Positions 1-10,474 of a stretch of 64,000 nt of DNA are shown here, one piece after another. The stretch comes from Microgenomates group bacterium Gr01-1014_5. Its GTDB lineage: Bacteria; Patescibacteriota; Microgenomatia; UBA8517; UBA10165. A program made the translations under genes and the position numbers. Position 1 is the first letter of the stretch. Each line of letters opens with the position of its first letter. Below the pieces are notes generated by a model. The model was not told the origin of the DNA. It ran no database searches and was given only the letters and a program-made list of their open reading frames with translations. The stretch is from positions 13,118 to 77,117 of the forward strand of contig VMGE01000002.1 of NCBI GenBank assembly GCA_007376395.1, given 5' to 3'.

Positions 1-1236
1 TTCATTGTCATTCTTTCTAAACCAAACGAAAAACCGCCATGTGGAGGCATTCCGTATTTAAAAGCTTGGAGGTACATTTCAAAATCATCGGGATTCATCC
101 CTCTTTCTTTGATAATTTTAGAAAGTTCTTCATAATCATCAACCCGCTGACTGCCGCTTAAAACCTCTACCCCGCGGTATAAAAGATCATAGCTTAGACT
201 ATATTCTGGATCTTCTGGATCAGGTTTTGAATAAAATGCTCGCTTTTTGGTCGGATAATGGGTAACTGTAACAAAATCTGATTTGTGTTCTTCCAGCGCC
301 CAAGCGCAAATTTCCCTCTCGTCTTCCGGCGTTAAATCCGGGTCATTTGAAGGCTTTCTTCCAAGTCTTTTTGCAACAATTTCTTGCACTTCGCGCATTT
401 TTAATCTGGGAACTTTGGAGCCAATCTTTGGCGCTTCAACACCATAACTTTCCAAAATTTCGCGGCATTCTTGGGAGGTATAAGTCAACGTCTCTCGGCC
501 AATAAATTCAACAGCATCCAACAATTCTTCAAATCCAACAAATCCCAACTCGCAATCCATTTGGATAGATTCCGAAAGATGCCTTGTGGTAATTGACGGC
601 TCAGAACGGTAGGCATGTGACACTAAATAAACACGCTCGAACACCGGCACCATAATTTGCTTGTAAAGTTGAGGGCTTTGCGTCATAAAAGCTTGATGGC
701 CATAATAATCAACCTTGAAAACTTCTGCGCCTCCCTCGGTAGAAGAATATGAAATTGTTGGCACAAAAACTTCTGTGCACTCAAGTTTTTGAGCTGCACG
801 CCGGAAACCTTCCATAATGGCTTCTTGCACTTTAAAAATCTGTTTTACTTTCGGATGACGTAAAGTTAACGCGCGGTTATCTAACAGCGTCGGTAATTGA
901 AGTTCCAGTTTTTCAACACCCATATCAATAGGCAGTTCTTGAGCTTTTGCTAAGACTTCAATTTTTTCTGCTTGCAGTTCAACAGCACCTGTCGGAAGAT
1001 CCCGATTGACAAGCTTTTCGGGACGAGCGGCAACAATGCCTTCTACCGAAACTACGTCTTGCGGTTTTAATCCTTCGGCTAATCCGCCCTGGCAGACAAC
1101 CTGTAAAATTCCCGAGCGGTCGGAAACGTCAAGAAAAACAATTTTGCCGTGGTCACGGCGCGTCCAAACCCAGCCAGAGATTTTGACCTTATGCTCGACC
1201 TTGTCAGGTGTGTGGGTAATTAACGTCCGCTCCATA
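1..1236 (-). CDS. aspS: aspartyl-tRNA synthetase (short archaeal/ND type); 3' end runs off the window start
   Basis: Reverse translation from 1236 gives MERTLITHTPDKVEHKVKISGWVWTRRDHGKI..., the classic AspRS anticodon-binding N-terminus. Near position 1 the frame reads ...GMPPHGGFSFGLERMTM (class II motif 3). The six-frame track ORF 1006..1296 (+) is the opposite-strand shadow. Confidence 0.8.
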
Positions 1237-1315
1237 ATAATTACAGTTATTTCAAGCTACTTGAAAAGTAGCGACATGCGATTAAATAATAGCTAGATAG
1301 GAACAAAAAGTCTAC

Positions 1316-3004
1316 TTAAATTGAAATACTCTTCAGTTTAAGCTGGAGGGATTTATTGCCATTCCAAACGTTTTCTTCAACTGCGTAAACAATATTTACT
1401 GGTAAATCTGGAGACAAATTTGCATACCACTCGCCCATCCGGAAACCAATTGCGGTAAAGACAGGGTGCTGGGATGTTGGGGTGTTAGCGTCCTGAGATA
1501 AGACAAGTTTTAAATGATTCTTCTCTTTACCTAAAAGTCTCGTTTCTAAAACGTTTACACCTCTTGTTTCAAATGCCGGCTCGGGATTTCCGAAACCAAA
1601 TGGCGCAAATTTAGCAATTTGACCCAACAAAGCTTCAGTTGCATCTGGAAGATTTATTTCGCAATCAATGCGTACGTTTTTTTTCAATACCTCGTCGCTA
1701 ATCTCTAATTCACTTATCTCCTCTAGTCTTTGTCCTAAAAGTTCAACATCCGATGTCTTGACTATAAAACCTGCCGCCATTGGATGACCACCAACGCTTT
1801 TAAATAACCCATCTCCTGCTTTTTTCAATAACTCTAAAATATTTACGCCAGAAATTGAACGCGCCGAGGCTTTTGCGTATTCATCTCCAATCGACAAAAC
1901 AACTGCTGGCCTGTGGTATTTATCAACTAACCGTCCGGCCGCTATTCCAATAACTCCTTCTTCATAACTTGCGTGGTAAACATACAAAAGTTTAGGGATG
2001 TTTCCGTCAGACCAAACTGGATCAAGGTGATTATCTGTGACATGCGAAACAACGGCTTCTGTTTTTTCCTGCCTTAGGCGATTACTCTTGCACAGTTTTT
2101 CCGCTAACACCCTAGCTCTTTCCCTATCTCTTACACATAAGAGCCTGAGACTCTCCATAGCGTGATCTACCCTTCCTGCAGCATTTAAATGCGGGCCTAA
2201 AATAAAACCTATGTGGTAAGTATCTAAAGTATCCTGGGAAACGGCCGCCTCGCGGCAAAGTGTTTTTATTCCCAAGCGGGAACTAGTGCGCAAAACCTCT
2301 AATCCGTGAACAACAAGCTGGCGGTTAATGTCAACCAGGGGTAGAACGTCGGCGATGGTTCCGAGAGCCACTAGCCCAAGGTGGTCAGATGGAGTACTAG
2401 GGTGTTGGGGCACTAGAGTATCAGTTCCCAGCACGCCAACACACTGATACACTAGCTCCCTGGCAAGAATCCATGCGACAGCCGAGCCGGAGATTTGTGT
2501 AGTATGGATAACTGCCAAAGCTCCGGGTGTTTTTCCCCCAGGCTGGTGATGATCTGTAATGATAACATCTAATCCTTGTTGTTTTGCAAACTCCAAACCT
2601 TCGTATGCGGTAATACCGTTATCTACAGTAATCAATAGTTTGCAATCTTTAATTTCTAATTTTAAATTTTTAATTCCTGTCTCTGACAGGCCGTACCCTT
2701 CTGTAAAACGGCTGGGAATATAAGGCATTGCGCGAGCACCCAACGCATCTAAAGTCTCCCAGAGAATAGCAGTTGCAGAAATTCCGTCAACGTCATAATC
2801 ACCATAAACAATAATTTTTTCCTTAAGTCTGATTGCCTCCTTAATCCGTTTTACGGCTTTATCGAGTTGATTTTGGTCTACACCAAAATCTTTTGCTGTT
2901 AATTTCTCGGGGTTCGGTGGATTAAAAAACTCCTCTTTTTGCTTCTTTGTTTTAATCCCACGATTCTGAAGGAGAATCTCTATTATCCTTTCAATACTTT
3001 TCAT
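1316..3004 (-). CDS. recJ: single-stranded-DNA-specific exonuclease RecJ (DHH/DHHA1)
   Basis: The 591-aa ORF contains DYDVDGISATAIL and ITDHHQPG (DHH motifs). The start was moved to the internal Met (MKSIERII...) at 3004 to remove overlap with cca. Confidence 0.8.
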   Translation of the reverse strand: MKSIERIIEILLQNRGIKTKKQKEEFFNPPNPEKLTAKDFGVDQNQLDKAVKRIKEAIRLKEKIIVYGDYDVDGISATAILWETLDALGARAMPYIPSRFTEGYGLSETGIKNLKLEIKDCKLLITVDNGITAYEGLEFAKQQGLDVIITDHHQPGGKTPGALAVIHTTQISGSAVAWILARELVYQCVGVLGTDTLVPQHPSTPSDHLGLVALGTIADVLPLVDINRQLVVHGLEVLRTSSRLGIKTLCREAAVSQDTLDTYHIGFILGPHLNAAGRVDHAMESLRLLCVRDRERARVLAEKLCKSNRLRQEKTEAVVSHVTDNHLDPVWSDGNIPKLLYVYHASYEEGVIGIAAGRLVDKYHRPAVVLSIGDEYAKASARSISGVNILELLKKAGDGLFKSVGGHPMAAGFIVKTSDVELLGQRLEEISELEISDEVLKKNVRIDCEINLPDATEALLGQIAKFAPFGFGNPEPAFETRGVNVLETRLLGKEKNHLKLVLSQDANTPTSQHPVFTAIGFRMGEWYANLSPDLPVNIVYAVEENVWNGNKSLQLKLKSISI

Positions 3005-3029
3005 ACCCTTGGTTTGATAGAATGATACC

Positions 3030-4409
3030 ATGACTGCGAAGGTAAGACGGCAGATTAAAATTCCCCCATTTGTTAAAAATATTTTAGACAAGTTCGCTAA
3101 GGCTGGATATGAGATTTATATTGTCGGCGGGGCTGTGCGTGATGTTCTGATGAGTAAGGAGACTTACGATTGGGATTTTACAACTAATGCCACACCCGAC
3201 GAGATTCTACAAGTCTTCCCTGAAGGCTTCTATGACAACAAATTCGGCACAGTCGGATTGGCCGATGAGTCGCATCACAACCCATATGAAATCACCACTT
3301 TTCGTCGTGAGACGGGATATTCTGACCGCAGACGTCCTGATCACGTAGAATGGGGAAAGTCTTTAAAAGAAGATTTGGCACGGCGCGATTTCACGATCAA
3401 CGCGATGGCCCTTCGACTCGTTCCACTCGCTCAGGGTAAACACTCTTTTGAAGTCATAGATATGTTTGGCGGTAGACAAGATTTGAAGACAAAGCTTATC
3501 CGGGCGGTTGGAAACGCTGTTGAAAGATTTGACGAAGACGCCCTGCGCATGATGCGGGCAGTGAGGATAGCGGCTGAACTTGGTTTCGAAATCGAACCCA
3601 AGACGTTTGAGGCAATTAAAATACACTCGGCTTCCGTAAAACACGTTGCCTGGGAAAGAATCAAAGCAGAACTTTTCAAAACCTTGGCTTCTGACAATCC
3701 TTACGAGGGCGTGATGTTACTTTATAACTCGGGTCTCTTGGAGCAAATCTTGCCCGAGATTATAGAAGGGTTTGGTGTTGAACAAAAAAGTCCAGAACGG
3801 CACCATATTTATGACGTGGGAACTCATTGCCTGTATGCCTTAAAGTTTTGCCCCTCGCGCGATCCACTCGTGCGCTTTGCAACACTAATCCACGACATCG
3901 GCAAACCAAAGACACAAAAAATCACAGCCGCGGGTGTTATTACCTTTTACAACCATGAAGTAGTTGGCGCAAGACTGGCAAAAGAAATTGCCGATAGGCT
4001 GCGTTTTTCACGCGATGAGCGCGACAGGCTTTGGAGGCTTGTGCGCTGGCACCAATTTACTGTTTCAGAAAAACAAACAGACACTGCTTTGCGCAGGTTT
4101 ATAAGAAACGTAGGGAAGGAAAATGTACAAGATATGCTTGATTTGCGTACCGGCGACAGACTTGGCGGGGGTGCGGCAGAAACCTCTTGGCGGTTGGAAG
4201 AATTTAAAGAGCGTTTAGAAGAAGTGCAACTTCAACCTTTTTCAGTCCGTGATTTGAAAGTAAACGGCAAAGATATTATGCAAACCTTGAATATTCCTTC
4301 AGGACCAATAATCGGCAAAATTCTAAACGAGCTGTTTGGCGAAGTTGAAAAAGATCAGTCCAGAAATACCCGCGAATATTTACTGCAAAGGATTGAAAAA
4401 TATAAATAA
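3030..4409 (+). CDS. cca: CCA-adding tRNA nucleotidyltransferase (PolA-type NTase head plus HD domain)
   Basis: YIVGGAVRDVLM nucleotidyltransferase motif, an ...RRDFTINAMA block, and a C-terminal HD motif (LIHDIGKP). Confidence 0.8.
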   Translation: MTAKVRRQIKIPPFVKNILDKFAKAGYEIYIVGGAVRDVLMSKETYDWDFTTNATPDEILQVFPEGFYDNKFGTVGLADESHHNPYEITTFRRETGYSDRRRPDHVEWGKSLKEDLARRDFTINAMALRLVPLAQGKHSFEVIDMFGGRQDLKTKLIRAVGNAVERFDEDALRMMRAVRIAAELGFEIEPKTFEAIKIHSASVKHVAWERIKAELFKTLASDNPYEGVMLLYNSGLLEQILPEIIEGFGVEQKSPERHHIYDVGTHCLYALKFCPSRDPLVRFATLIHDIGKPKTQKITAAGVITFYNHEVVGARLAKEIADRLRFSRDERDRLWRLVRWHQFTVSEKQTDTALRRFIRNVGKENVQDMLDLRTGDRLGGGAAETSWRLEEFKERLEEVQLQPFSVRDLKVNGKDIMQTLNIPSGPIIGKILNELFGEVEKDQSRNTREYLLQRIEKYK

Positions 4410-4417
4410 GGTGACTG

Positions 4418-5314
4418 TTATCTCTTTTTACCCCTCCACCATTTTTCCAATTCTTCCCAAGTAACAAGTAGCGGAACAGCGACAAACGGCGAAGAGTAAG
4501 TTCCGGAAACTGTGCCTACAAGAAGAGCCGCGACAAACCACTTTATAGTCGTTCCCCCCATAATAAAGAGGGCAAACAGCATAAAAATAATCGTTAATGA
4601 ATTATTGACCGATCGGACTAGGGTTTCTGATACTGCTTTGTTTGCTAAATCGTACAAAGGCACCCCCGGATGTTTGCGCATTGATTCGCGTACCCGGTCG
4701 TAGACAACAATCGTATCGTGTACTGAAAAGGAAAGGATGGTCAGCATTGCCGTCACAAAAAGAATATCTACTTCTACTCCCATATAGTGTCCGAGTGCCG
4801 CAAACGTACCCAAAAGAGCCACCGAGTCATGGATCATCGCCAAAATCGCGGAAACTCCAAACTTCAAACTTTTAAACTGATAGGTAACCCACAGCAAAAT
4901 CCCTAAAGAAGCAATGGCTACCGCAACATAGGTTTTACGCAATATCTCCTGCGACAGGGCAGGTCCAACAGACTCAAAGCGCACAATTTCAGGATTTTCA
5001 CCCAAAGCTTGACTTAAACTTGCGCCTAATTTTCCTGCTTTCTCTTGGTTAAATTCCGGGCCGTATTTTAACTGAAGCGTCCGCGCGGCAGATTGTGTAA
5101 TTGATTTTGGCGCTTCTTCTTTTTTTGCCTCTAAAGCAGTTTTTATTGAATCAGGGCTTTGTTGAGAAGGAAAGCGGTAATCAACAGTTACCCCTCCGGT
5201 AAAATCAATTGAATAACGGAATCCCCAAACAAAAATAGCGTAAAGTGACAGGGCTAGGGCTAGTCCAGAAACTAGCAGATACAAAGGCCTAAGCTTCATC
5301 CAATTCAGACTCAT
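4418..5314 (-). CDS. secF: protein translocase subunit SecF
   Basis: 298-aa polytopic membrane protein immediately downstream of secD with a 4-nt overlap; SecD/SecF family sequence character. Confidence 0.8.
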   Translation of the reverse strand: MSLNWMKLRPLYLLVSGLALALSLYAIFVWGFRYSIDFTGGVTVDYRFPSQQSPDSIKTALEAKKEEAPKSITQSAARTLQLKYGPEFNQEKAGKLGASLSQALGENPEIVRFESVGPALSQEILRKTYVAVAIASLGILLWVTYQFKSLKFGVSAILAMIHDSVALLGTFAALGHYMGVEVDILFVTAMLTILSFSVHDTIVVYDRVRESMRKHPGVPLYDLANKAVSETLVRSVNNSLTIIFMLFALFIMGGTTIKWFVAALLVGTVSGTYSSPFVAVPLLVTWEELEKWWRGKKR

Positions 5315-6666
5315 TCTTTCCTCCTTCCAAACGTACGCAATAGCGTGCGTGTGGCAAAAACGCCGGTAAACAAGCTTAGGGCAATTCCCAATCCCAAAGT
5401 AAGGGCAAACCCGCGGACAGGTCCGGAAGTATGCAAAAACTCGAGGTTGAGAGGGTTAAATAAAATAAAAACAGTGACCAGAGTCGCGATGTTTGCGTCG
5501 CGAATTGAATCCCAAGCACGTCCAAATCCTGCTTCCATGGCGTCCTGCCAACGCCTACCCGCTCTTAGCTCCTCCTTCATACGCTCAAAAATTAAAATGT
5601 TTGAATCAACCGCCATTCCCACAGAAAGAATAAAACCCGCAATCCCGGGCAAGGTCAAAACAATAGGAATTAATTTATAAAGCGCTAAAGAGAGAATCCC
5701 ATAAATAACCAAGGCGACGCTTGCCAAAAAGCCTAACTTTCCGTAGTAAAGAACCATAAAAAGAACGACCATCGTCAAGCCAACCACTCCAGCCACCACG
5801 CTTGCCTGCACAGACTCTCTCCCCAGACTTGCTTCTATTGTTCTTTGCTCAATTAAAGTAACCGGTATCGGCAATGCTCCGGAATTTAAAAGAGATGATA
5901 AAGTTTTGGTTTGCGAGGTCGTAAAACTACCGTTTATTTGCCCTACTCCTTCGGTTATGGGTGTGTTGACAATTGGAGCAGAAATCGGGTTCTCGTCTAA
6001 AAAGATCGCCAGGGGCTTGCCGACAAGCCTACTCGTTATATCACCAAATTTTTTCTTCCCTTCATCTTTAGTCTCAAACTCTATAATCGGCTCGCTGGTG
6101 GTAGAACTAAAACCCGGCCGCGCACGTTTAAAGTCAGCACCCGTAAAACCGGTAGGTTTTGTATTGGCAAGCGTCAGGGGTGTTCCCGACACGGTTGCCT
6201 CATCCGGGTTTACTAACTCGCGGAAATCAAGCTGGGCAGTACGGCCAATTAAATCTACGGCGCTTTGTGTATCTTTCACCCCAGGAAGTTCTATAAGGAT
6301 ACGGTGTGACTGTCCTATTTTAGAAGTCTGGACAGTTGCCTCTGAAACACCAAAGATATTAACGCGCCTCTCTATTGCCCGCCTTGTCCCGTCAAGGGCC
6401 GAAACCAAATCTTCTTGCGGAAGTTTGGACACATCGGCTTCAAAAGTTAAATGACTGCCTCCGGCAAGGTCTAATCCTAGTTTAAGTTCGAAGTCGCGGA
6501 CAAAAACAAAGTCTCCGTTTCTAAATAAAATCGGCTGGCGAACAAGAGTAGAGTCAACTCTAACTCCCAAGAAATCTAATTTAATCGGAAAAGACGCAGG
6601 CAGAACGAAAAGTAAAGATAAAAACGTTATAAAAAAGATGAAAGCTAATTTTTTCACAGGCAGCAT
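5311..6666 (-). CDS. secD: protein translocase subunit SecD
   Basis: 451 aa with a large periplasmic domain between TM1 and a C-terminal 6-TM bundle; secD-secF gene order. Confidence 0.8.
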   Translation of the reverse strand: MLPVKKLAFIFFITFLSLLFVLPASFPIKLDFLGVRVDSTLVRQPILFRNGDFVFVRDFELKLGLDLAGGSHLTFEADVSKLPQEDLVSALDGTRRAIERRVNIFGVSEATVQTSKIGQSHRILIELPGVKDTQSAVDLIGRTAQLDFRELVNPDEATVSGTPLTLANTKPTGFTGADFKRARPGFSSTTSEPIIEFETKDEGKKKFGDITSRLVGKPLAIFLDENPISAPIVNTPITEGVGQINGSFTTSQTKTLSSLLNSGALPIPVTLIEQRTIEASLGRESVQASVVAGVVGLTMVVLFMVLYYGKLGFLASVALVIYGILSLALYKLIPIVLTLPGIAGFILSVGMAVDSNILIFERMKEELRAGRRWQDAMEAGFGRAWDSIRDANIATLVTVFILFNPLNLEFLHTSGPVRGFALTLGLGIALSLFTGVFATRTLLRTFGRRKE

Positions 6667-6872
6667 TACTGTTGTTTCCTTTTGCGCGTCTTGAAGAACT
6701 TCTCGTCAAGCGCAAGTTGACGGGATTCAGCAAATTGATAAACCAGCCTCCCTTTTTCTTTTTCTTCCCGTAATTTGACGTAATCTCCTGATTTTATGCC
6801 AACCGCCATAACAAAACGGGAAGGAATGGTTACAGCTAGACTATTTCCTGTTCGAAAAACCTTTTGTACCAT
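6666..6872 (-). CDS. SpoVT/AbrB (MazE-like) swapped-hairpin small protein
   Basis: KVFRTGNSLAVTIPSRFVMAVGIKSGDYVKL matches the AbrB/MazE fold signature. Its stop overlaps the secD start by 1 nt. The start is taken at an internal Met to avoid overlap with the upstream gene. Confidence 0.45.
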   Translation of the reverse strand: MVQKVFRTGNSLAVTIPSRFVMAVGIKSGDYVKLREEKEKGRLVYQFAESRQLALDEKFFKTRKRKQQ

Positions 6873-6879
6873 TGTTTGG

Positions 6880-7464
6880 TTAATTAACAAAATCGTGCTC
6901 ACTGCCAATAATCATCACTCGGCTACCGGTCAAAATTCCAAGAATAAATGGGTCGCGCCTGGTTTTACGGAATCCAAACTCTTCACGCGTCATTGGGCTG
7001 TAAGTTATTTCAATTCCCCGCTTTGCTTCTTCTTGGTGGATTAAATTGCCAAGCTCAGGTAAAACCACTTCTCCCACTACTAAAACATCTACCTGGTCTG
7101 TGTTACTTCTTTCTAAATGCCTGACAAACTCACCTGAAAACATGACAAAGCTTAATTTTCCTAATTTGCCGCGGTTTTTGCGGATGGCAAAACCCAAGCC
7201 CGTGGTTTTGGCCACAAGCTGTAATAGTTCTTGAAAAAAAGGATAGTCTTTGTTAAACCAATAATAGAGTCTGTTGCCGCGTGCTTCTTTGTATACCATG
7301 CCGGCTTCTTCCATTCTCGCCAGTTCACGGCGCACTGCGTTAATTTCTTCATTGGTTCGGCGCACAAGGTCGCGCACGTGATACATTTCCTTGGGGTTTT
7401 CAAGGAGACTTTTAAGGAGCTTAACTCTTACTTTCGAAACTAAAAAATCGGTTAGGCTGGCCAT
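6880..7464 (-). CDS. winged-HTH transcriptional regulator with C-terminal minimal-nucleotidyltransferase-like domain
   Basis: The N-terminus (VRVKLLKSLLENPKEMYHVRDLVRRTNEEINAVRRELARMEEAGMV) is ArsR/MarR-like wHTH. The C-terminus has an SGEF...DQVDVLVVG block resembling GS...DxD nucleotidyltransferases. Confidence 0.4.
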   Translation of the reverse strand: MASLTDFLVSKVRVKLLKSLLENPKEMYHVRDLVRRTNEEINAVRRELARMEEAGMVYKEARGNRLYYWFNKDYPFFQELLQLVAKTTGLGFAIRKNRGKLGKLSFVMFSGEFVRHLERSNTDQVDVLVVGEVVLPELGNLIHQEEAKRGIEITYSPMTREEFGFRKTRRDPFILGILTGSRVMIIGSEHDFVN

Positions 7465-7503
7465 ATATATGCTTCATGTTGGGCAGTCCCGATTTAATCG
7501 GGA

Positions 7504-8664
7504 TTAATATGTTACTTTACTTGTTGGGTCGGTTACTTCAATCCAGATTGGGCCGCGTACAAAACTAATCTCTTTCCCTTTGGCGTCCGTAAAACGGGTG
7601 CGGGTGCTTCTTGTTGTTTTTTTCCAAGTCGCTTGAATAACATTGCCGTTTTGGAAAACCAAAGCCTTGCCGCTTCCAATTGTGTCATACAGCATATGTT
7701 TCAATTCATCAATCGGGCCTTTTGATTTTGTGTAGAGAATAACAACGTTTGCAGCCGATACTTGCTGGTCGTTGTTCATATCTTTGTGGATTTGCCCTCC
7801 GTTTTCTCTTTTATAAGAGTTTGAGGCAGAATCGTAATTCCAAGCAACCGCATATTGAGTCTGACCTTCCCAAAAAGGAAAAGATATTTTTGTTGCCGTT
7901 GGGTTTTCTACTGCTTTGCCGTCAACAAACGGCCATTTAACAAAATCTTCGTCCCAAGCGTTACCTTTTTTATCTTTAGCAAACAAGCCGCGTTTTTCTG
8001 CTACAGTCCACAATTTGTCAGTCGTTGAATACATGGTGTGCTCTGTCGCCACAGTCCTGTCGAAACGTTCATAGTCGCGCCAAAAAGTAGGAAAGCCTAT
8101 TGAGAATTGATTTAAATCATTGTATTGTTCCCAGCCATATTTGCGAACTGCCCCCAAAGCATCGGCAGGACCCGGCTTGTTGGCTCCTCCGACGTGGACA
8201 TATAAGGGATACTCTCCATACTCAGACGCCCAATCCATAAAGTAAATACGCGCGGAACGAACCGGTCCAACTTGGGTTTCTTCTGCCGCAACTCCGCAAT
8301 AAAAAACAGACAAGAAACGCGTAACTCCACCCTCGGCTATTGCTTCGTACACTATGTCTGCCTTTGATAAACCCGATTGAGGACGGGCTTCTTCATGGTT
8401 TTCAATACTCACGGTCAACGGCCGTCTCTTTTCCCAAACCTCACGCTCGGCCTTTGTATACATACCGCCGTTAAGAGGGCATTCTTCTGTTTTCGGGAGA
8501 GAGGTATCAATCTTTGCTCTTTTATCCTGAACCCCAGCAGGAGACAAGACTGGAGTGGAAATTAGGGCGCTAAACACAAAATAAGAAACCCCGGAAGTTA
8601 ATAGATAAAGACCTACTCCGCCCAGAATAAATTTAGCTTTTTGTGATTGCAGAAAATTCCCCAT
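7504..8664 (-). CDS. DUF3048 (YerB-like) secreted/lipoprotein-like protein
   Basis: N-terminal TM/signal; the motif RPQSGLSKADIVYEAIAEGGVTRFLSVFY matches my recollection of the DUF3048 signature. Confidence 0.5.
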   Translation of the reverse strand: MGNFLQSQKAKFILGGVGLYLLTSGVSYFVFSALISTPVLSPAGVQDKRAKIDTSLPKTEECPLNGGMYTKAEREVWEKRRPLTVSIENHEEARPQSGLSKADIVYEAIAEGGVTRFLSVFYCGVAAEETQVGPVRSARIYFMDWASEYGEYPLYVHVGGANKPGPADALGAVRKYGWEQYNDLNQFSIGFPTFWRDYERFDRTVATEHTMYSTTDKLWTVAEKRGLFAKDKKGNAWDEDFVKWPFVDGKAVENPTATKISFPFWEGQTQYAVAWNYDSASNSYKRENGGQIHKDMNNDQQVSAANVVILYTKSKGPIDELKHMLYDTIGSGKALVFQNGNVIQATWKKTTRSTRTRFTDAKGKEISFVRGPIWIEVTDPTSKVTY

Positions 8665-8702
8665 CTTTTAATTATACTAATTATCTAATCTCTAATCTCT
8701 AA

Positions 8703-9158
8703 TCAACTTTTCTTAACCGCCTCTTCAAGTGCCTGTTTTTCTTCGACAGACAACTCATACTTCGATTTACCACTTACCACCGGCTTGACATAAATTCTTG
8801 TGCCTTCCCGCCCATGCAGGCTTAATAGAACTACTCCTGAATTATTACCGTCAAGCAGAGCTAAAGCAAAAGACTGATTGCTCCCTGTATTAGAATATGG
8901 GTTAAAACGCACTGATGCAACTTTAGATATATGGCTTTGGGTTTTTTTATCTAAGACCCCCAGGCCTCCTTCGACCTTTTTTAAATGTTCGGCAAGATTT
9001 GCCTGTCCGGAAAGCAGGCGTTCAAGGATACTCCTCAAGTCCGTGCGCCCGGTCGTTGCAACAAGCTTCTTGTAATGCTGGTCAGTTTGCCACAGCCAAA
9101 ATGTTATCACGGCAAGCCAGATAATTAAAACTAAAAATGCCGCACCGCTGAGTAACAT
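8703..9158 (-). CDS. membrane-anchored hypothetical protein (possibly DUF4446-like)
   Basis: 151 aa with a single N-terminal TM helix and good coding character; family assignment is uncertain. Confidence 0.35.
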   Translation of the reverse strand: MLLSGAAFLVLIIWLAVITFWLWQTDQHYKKLVATTGRTDLRSILERLLSGQANLAEHLKKVEGGLGVLDKKTQSHISKVASVRFNPYSNTGSNQSFALALLDGNNSGVVLLSLHGREGTRIYVKPVVSGKSKYELSVEEKQALEEAVKKS

Positions 9159-9202
9159 TTAGACTCACTAATTGTATTTGCCGCACCCCAAAGAGTCAAG
9201 AC

Positions 9203-10474
9203 TTATTCGTAAAACCATGCAAAACCCGGCTCTGCAACTTCTTTGATATTACTTTTTAACATTTTGTAAACTCCGTCTTCTTTTATTGTTTCCCATGTTC
9301 CTTCGTAAAAGTGCATTTCGGCTTCTCCGTCCACCCAGTTTTTTGTCGAGAACTTAACAAGGGCGGTGTCCTTAGTATTTTCAAACTGTTCGGATTTGAT
9401 AACATTGACGTCCAAAATATCGGTAAACCGGTTTGTCCATTCTTCGAAATTGGTCTTTTTCAGATACTCACGGCTTAATAACTTAAAACCGTCTTCCATC
9501 CTGCGGGCTTTGAGGTAAGTATAAAAAGCTTTAACCGCCTCTTCCGGAGAAACAGAAGGGTCAACCTCTATTTTTGCGACGTTTTGATCGGTGAAGTCCG
9601 GCACCATTGTTTTTGCCGAGTCAGCATTGATAAAGAGCGACAATCCGGCAAGACTCATTGTATTTATCCCTACAACAGCCCCGCATTGGTCAACCAAAGG
9701 CCCACCACTCATTCCCTTGACCAAACTAATATCGGTTTGGGTGTAGCCGATGGGCATTTGCTTGGATTTCCTAAAGTCAATAAATCTCCCCCTAAGGCTT
9801 GTAGCCTTACCGGTTAAACTGGTTCCCAAGGCGTATCCGGTCGCAATAAGCTGCTCGTCTGCGTAAAGGGCTATCGAGTCAGGCAAGGGCAAAACAAGGT
9901 CAGCGTAATGTTTCTCGATAAACAAAACCGCCAAGTCAATATCTTTATTACCAAGAATTTTAGTTGGAGTAACAAAATTTCCGTCAGGAAAAATGATTTT
10001 GGGGCTTGGTTCGTAGGCAATTACATGGAAGTTGGTAAGCACTTGGTCGGGAGCGATGAAAAATCCCGTCCCTTCTGAATAGCCGCCGACTACACGAACA
10101 ACCGAGCCTACCATTTTGTCCCGTACCCCAAAAGAGCAAAGAAACTTACCCATATAGCCATATTGATTGGTTAGATAATCTGCTATCACAAAAAGGGAGG
10201 CAACTAAATAAATGCAGATCCCCAAAATAAAAATCGACTTTAAAAAGTTTTTAAGACTCCTGAACGGAAAAATAACCGCCTCAAAAACAATTACTGCCAG
10301 TCCAAGTAAAGTCTTAATAATTATTTTTATGAGGTAGTAGAGAGAGTAAGTCACGAGCTTTAAGGGGAAAAGGTAAAGAGGGAAAAGAAGCCGCTTAAAA
10401 TAAGCCTTTAGCCGTTTAACAAGATTAAACCCGCGGGTACGGATTTTGTTCGCCAACTTTTCAAAGAGATCCAT
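9203..10474 (-). CDS. membrane-anchored trypsin-like (S1) serine protease with C-terminal NTF2-like/DUF4878-like domain
   Basis: 2-3 N-terminal TM helices, then the catalytic triad context TNFHVI (His), DLAVL (Asp), GMSGGPLV (Ser). About 110 extra C-terminal residues are not PDZ-like. Confidence 0.65.
   Translation of the reverse strand: MDLFEKLANKIRTRGFNLVKRLKAYFKRLLFPLYLFPLKLVTYSLYYLIKIIIKTLLGLAVIVFEAVIFPFRSLKNFLKSIFILGICIYLVASLFVIADYLTNQYGYMGKFLCSFGVRDKMVGSVVRVVGGYSEGTGFFIAPDQVLTNFHVIAYEPSPKIIFPDGNFVTPTKILGNKDIDLAVLFIEKHYADLVLPLPDSIALYADEQLIATGYALGTSLTGKATSLRGRFIDFRKSKQMPIGYTQTDISLVKGMSGGPLVDQCGAVVGINTMSLAGLSLFINADSAKTMVPDFTDQNVAKIEVDPSVSPEEAVKAFYTYLKARRMEDGFKLLSREYLKKTNFEEWTNRFTDILDVNVIKSEQFENTKDTALVKFSTKNWVDGEAEMHFYEGTWETIKEDGVYKMLKSNIKEVAEPGFAWFYE

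Noticed and set aside
1006-1296. 96-aa plus-strand ORF
   Set aside because: It lies antisense within the aspS coding region; the AspRS frame is far better supported.
3363-3697. Two overlapping minus-strand ORFs (93 and 88 aa)
   Set aside because: They lie antisense inside the cca gene with no motifs; shadow ORFs.
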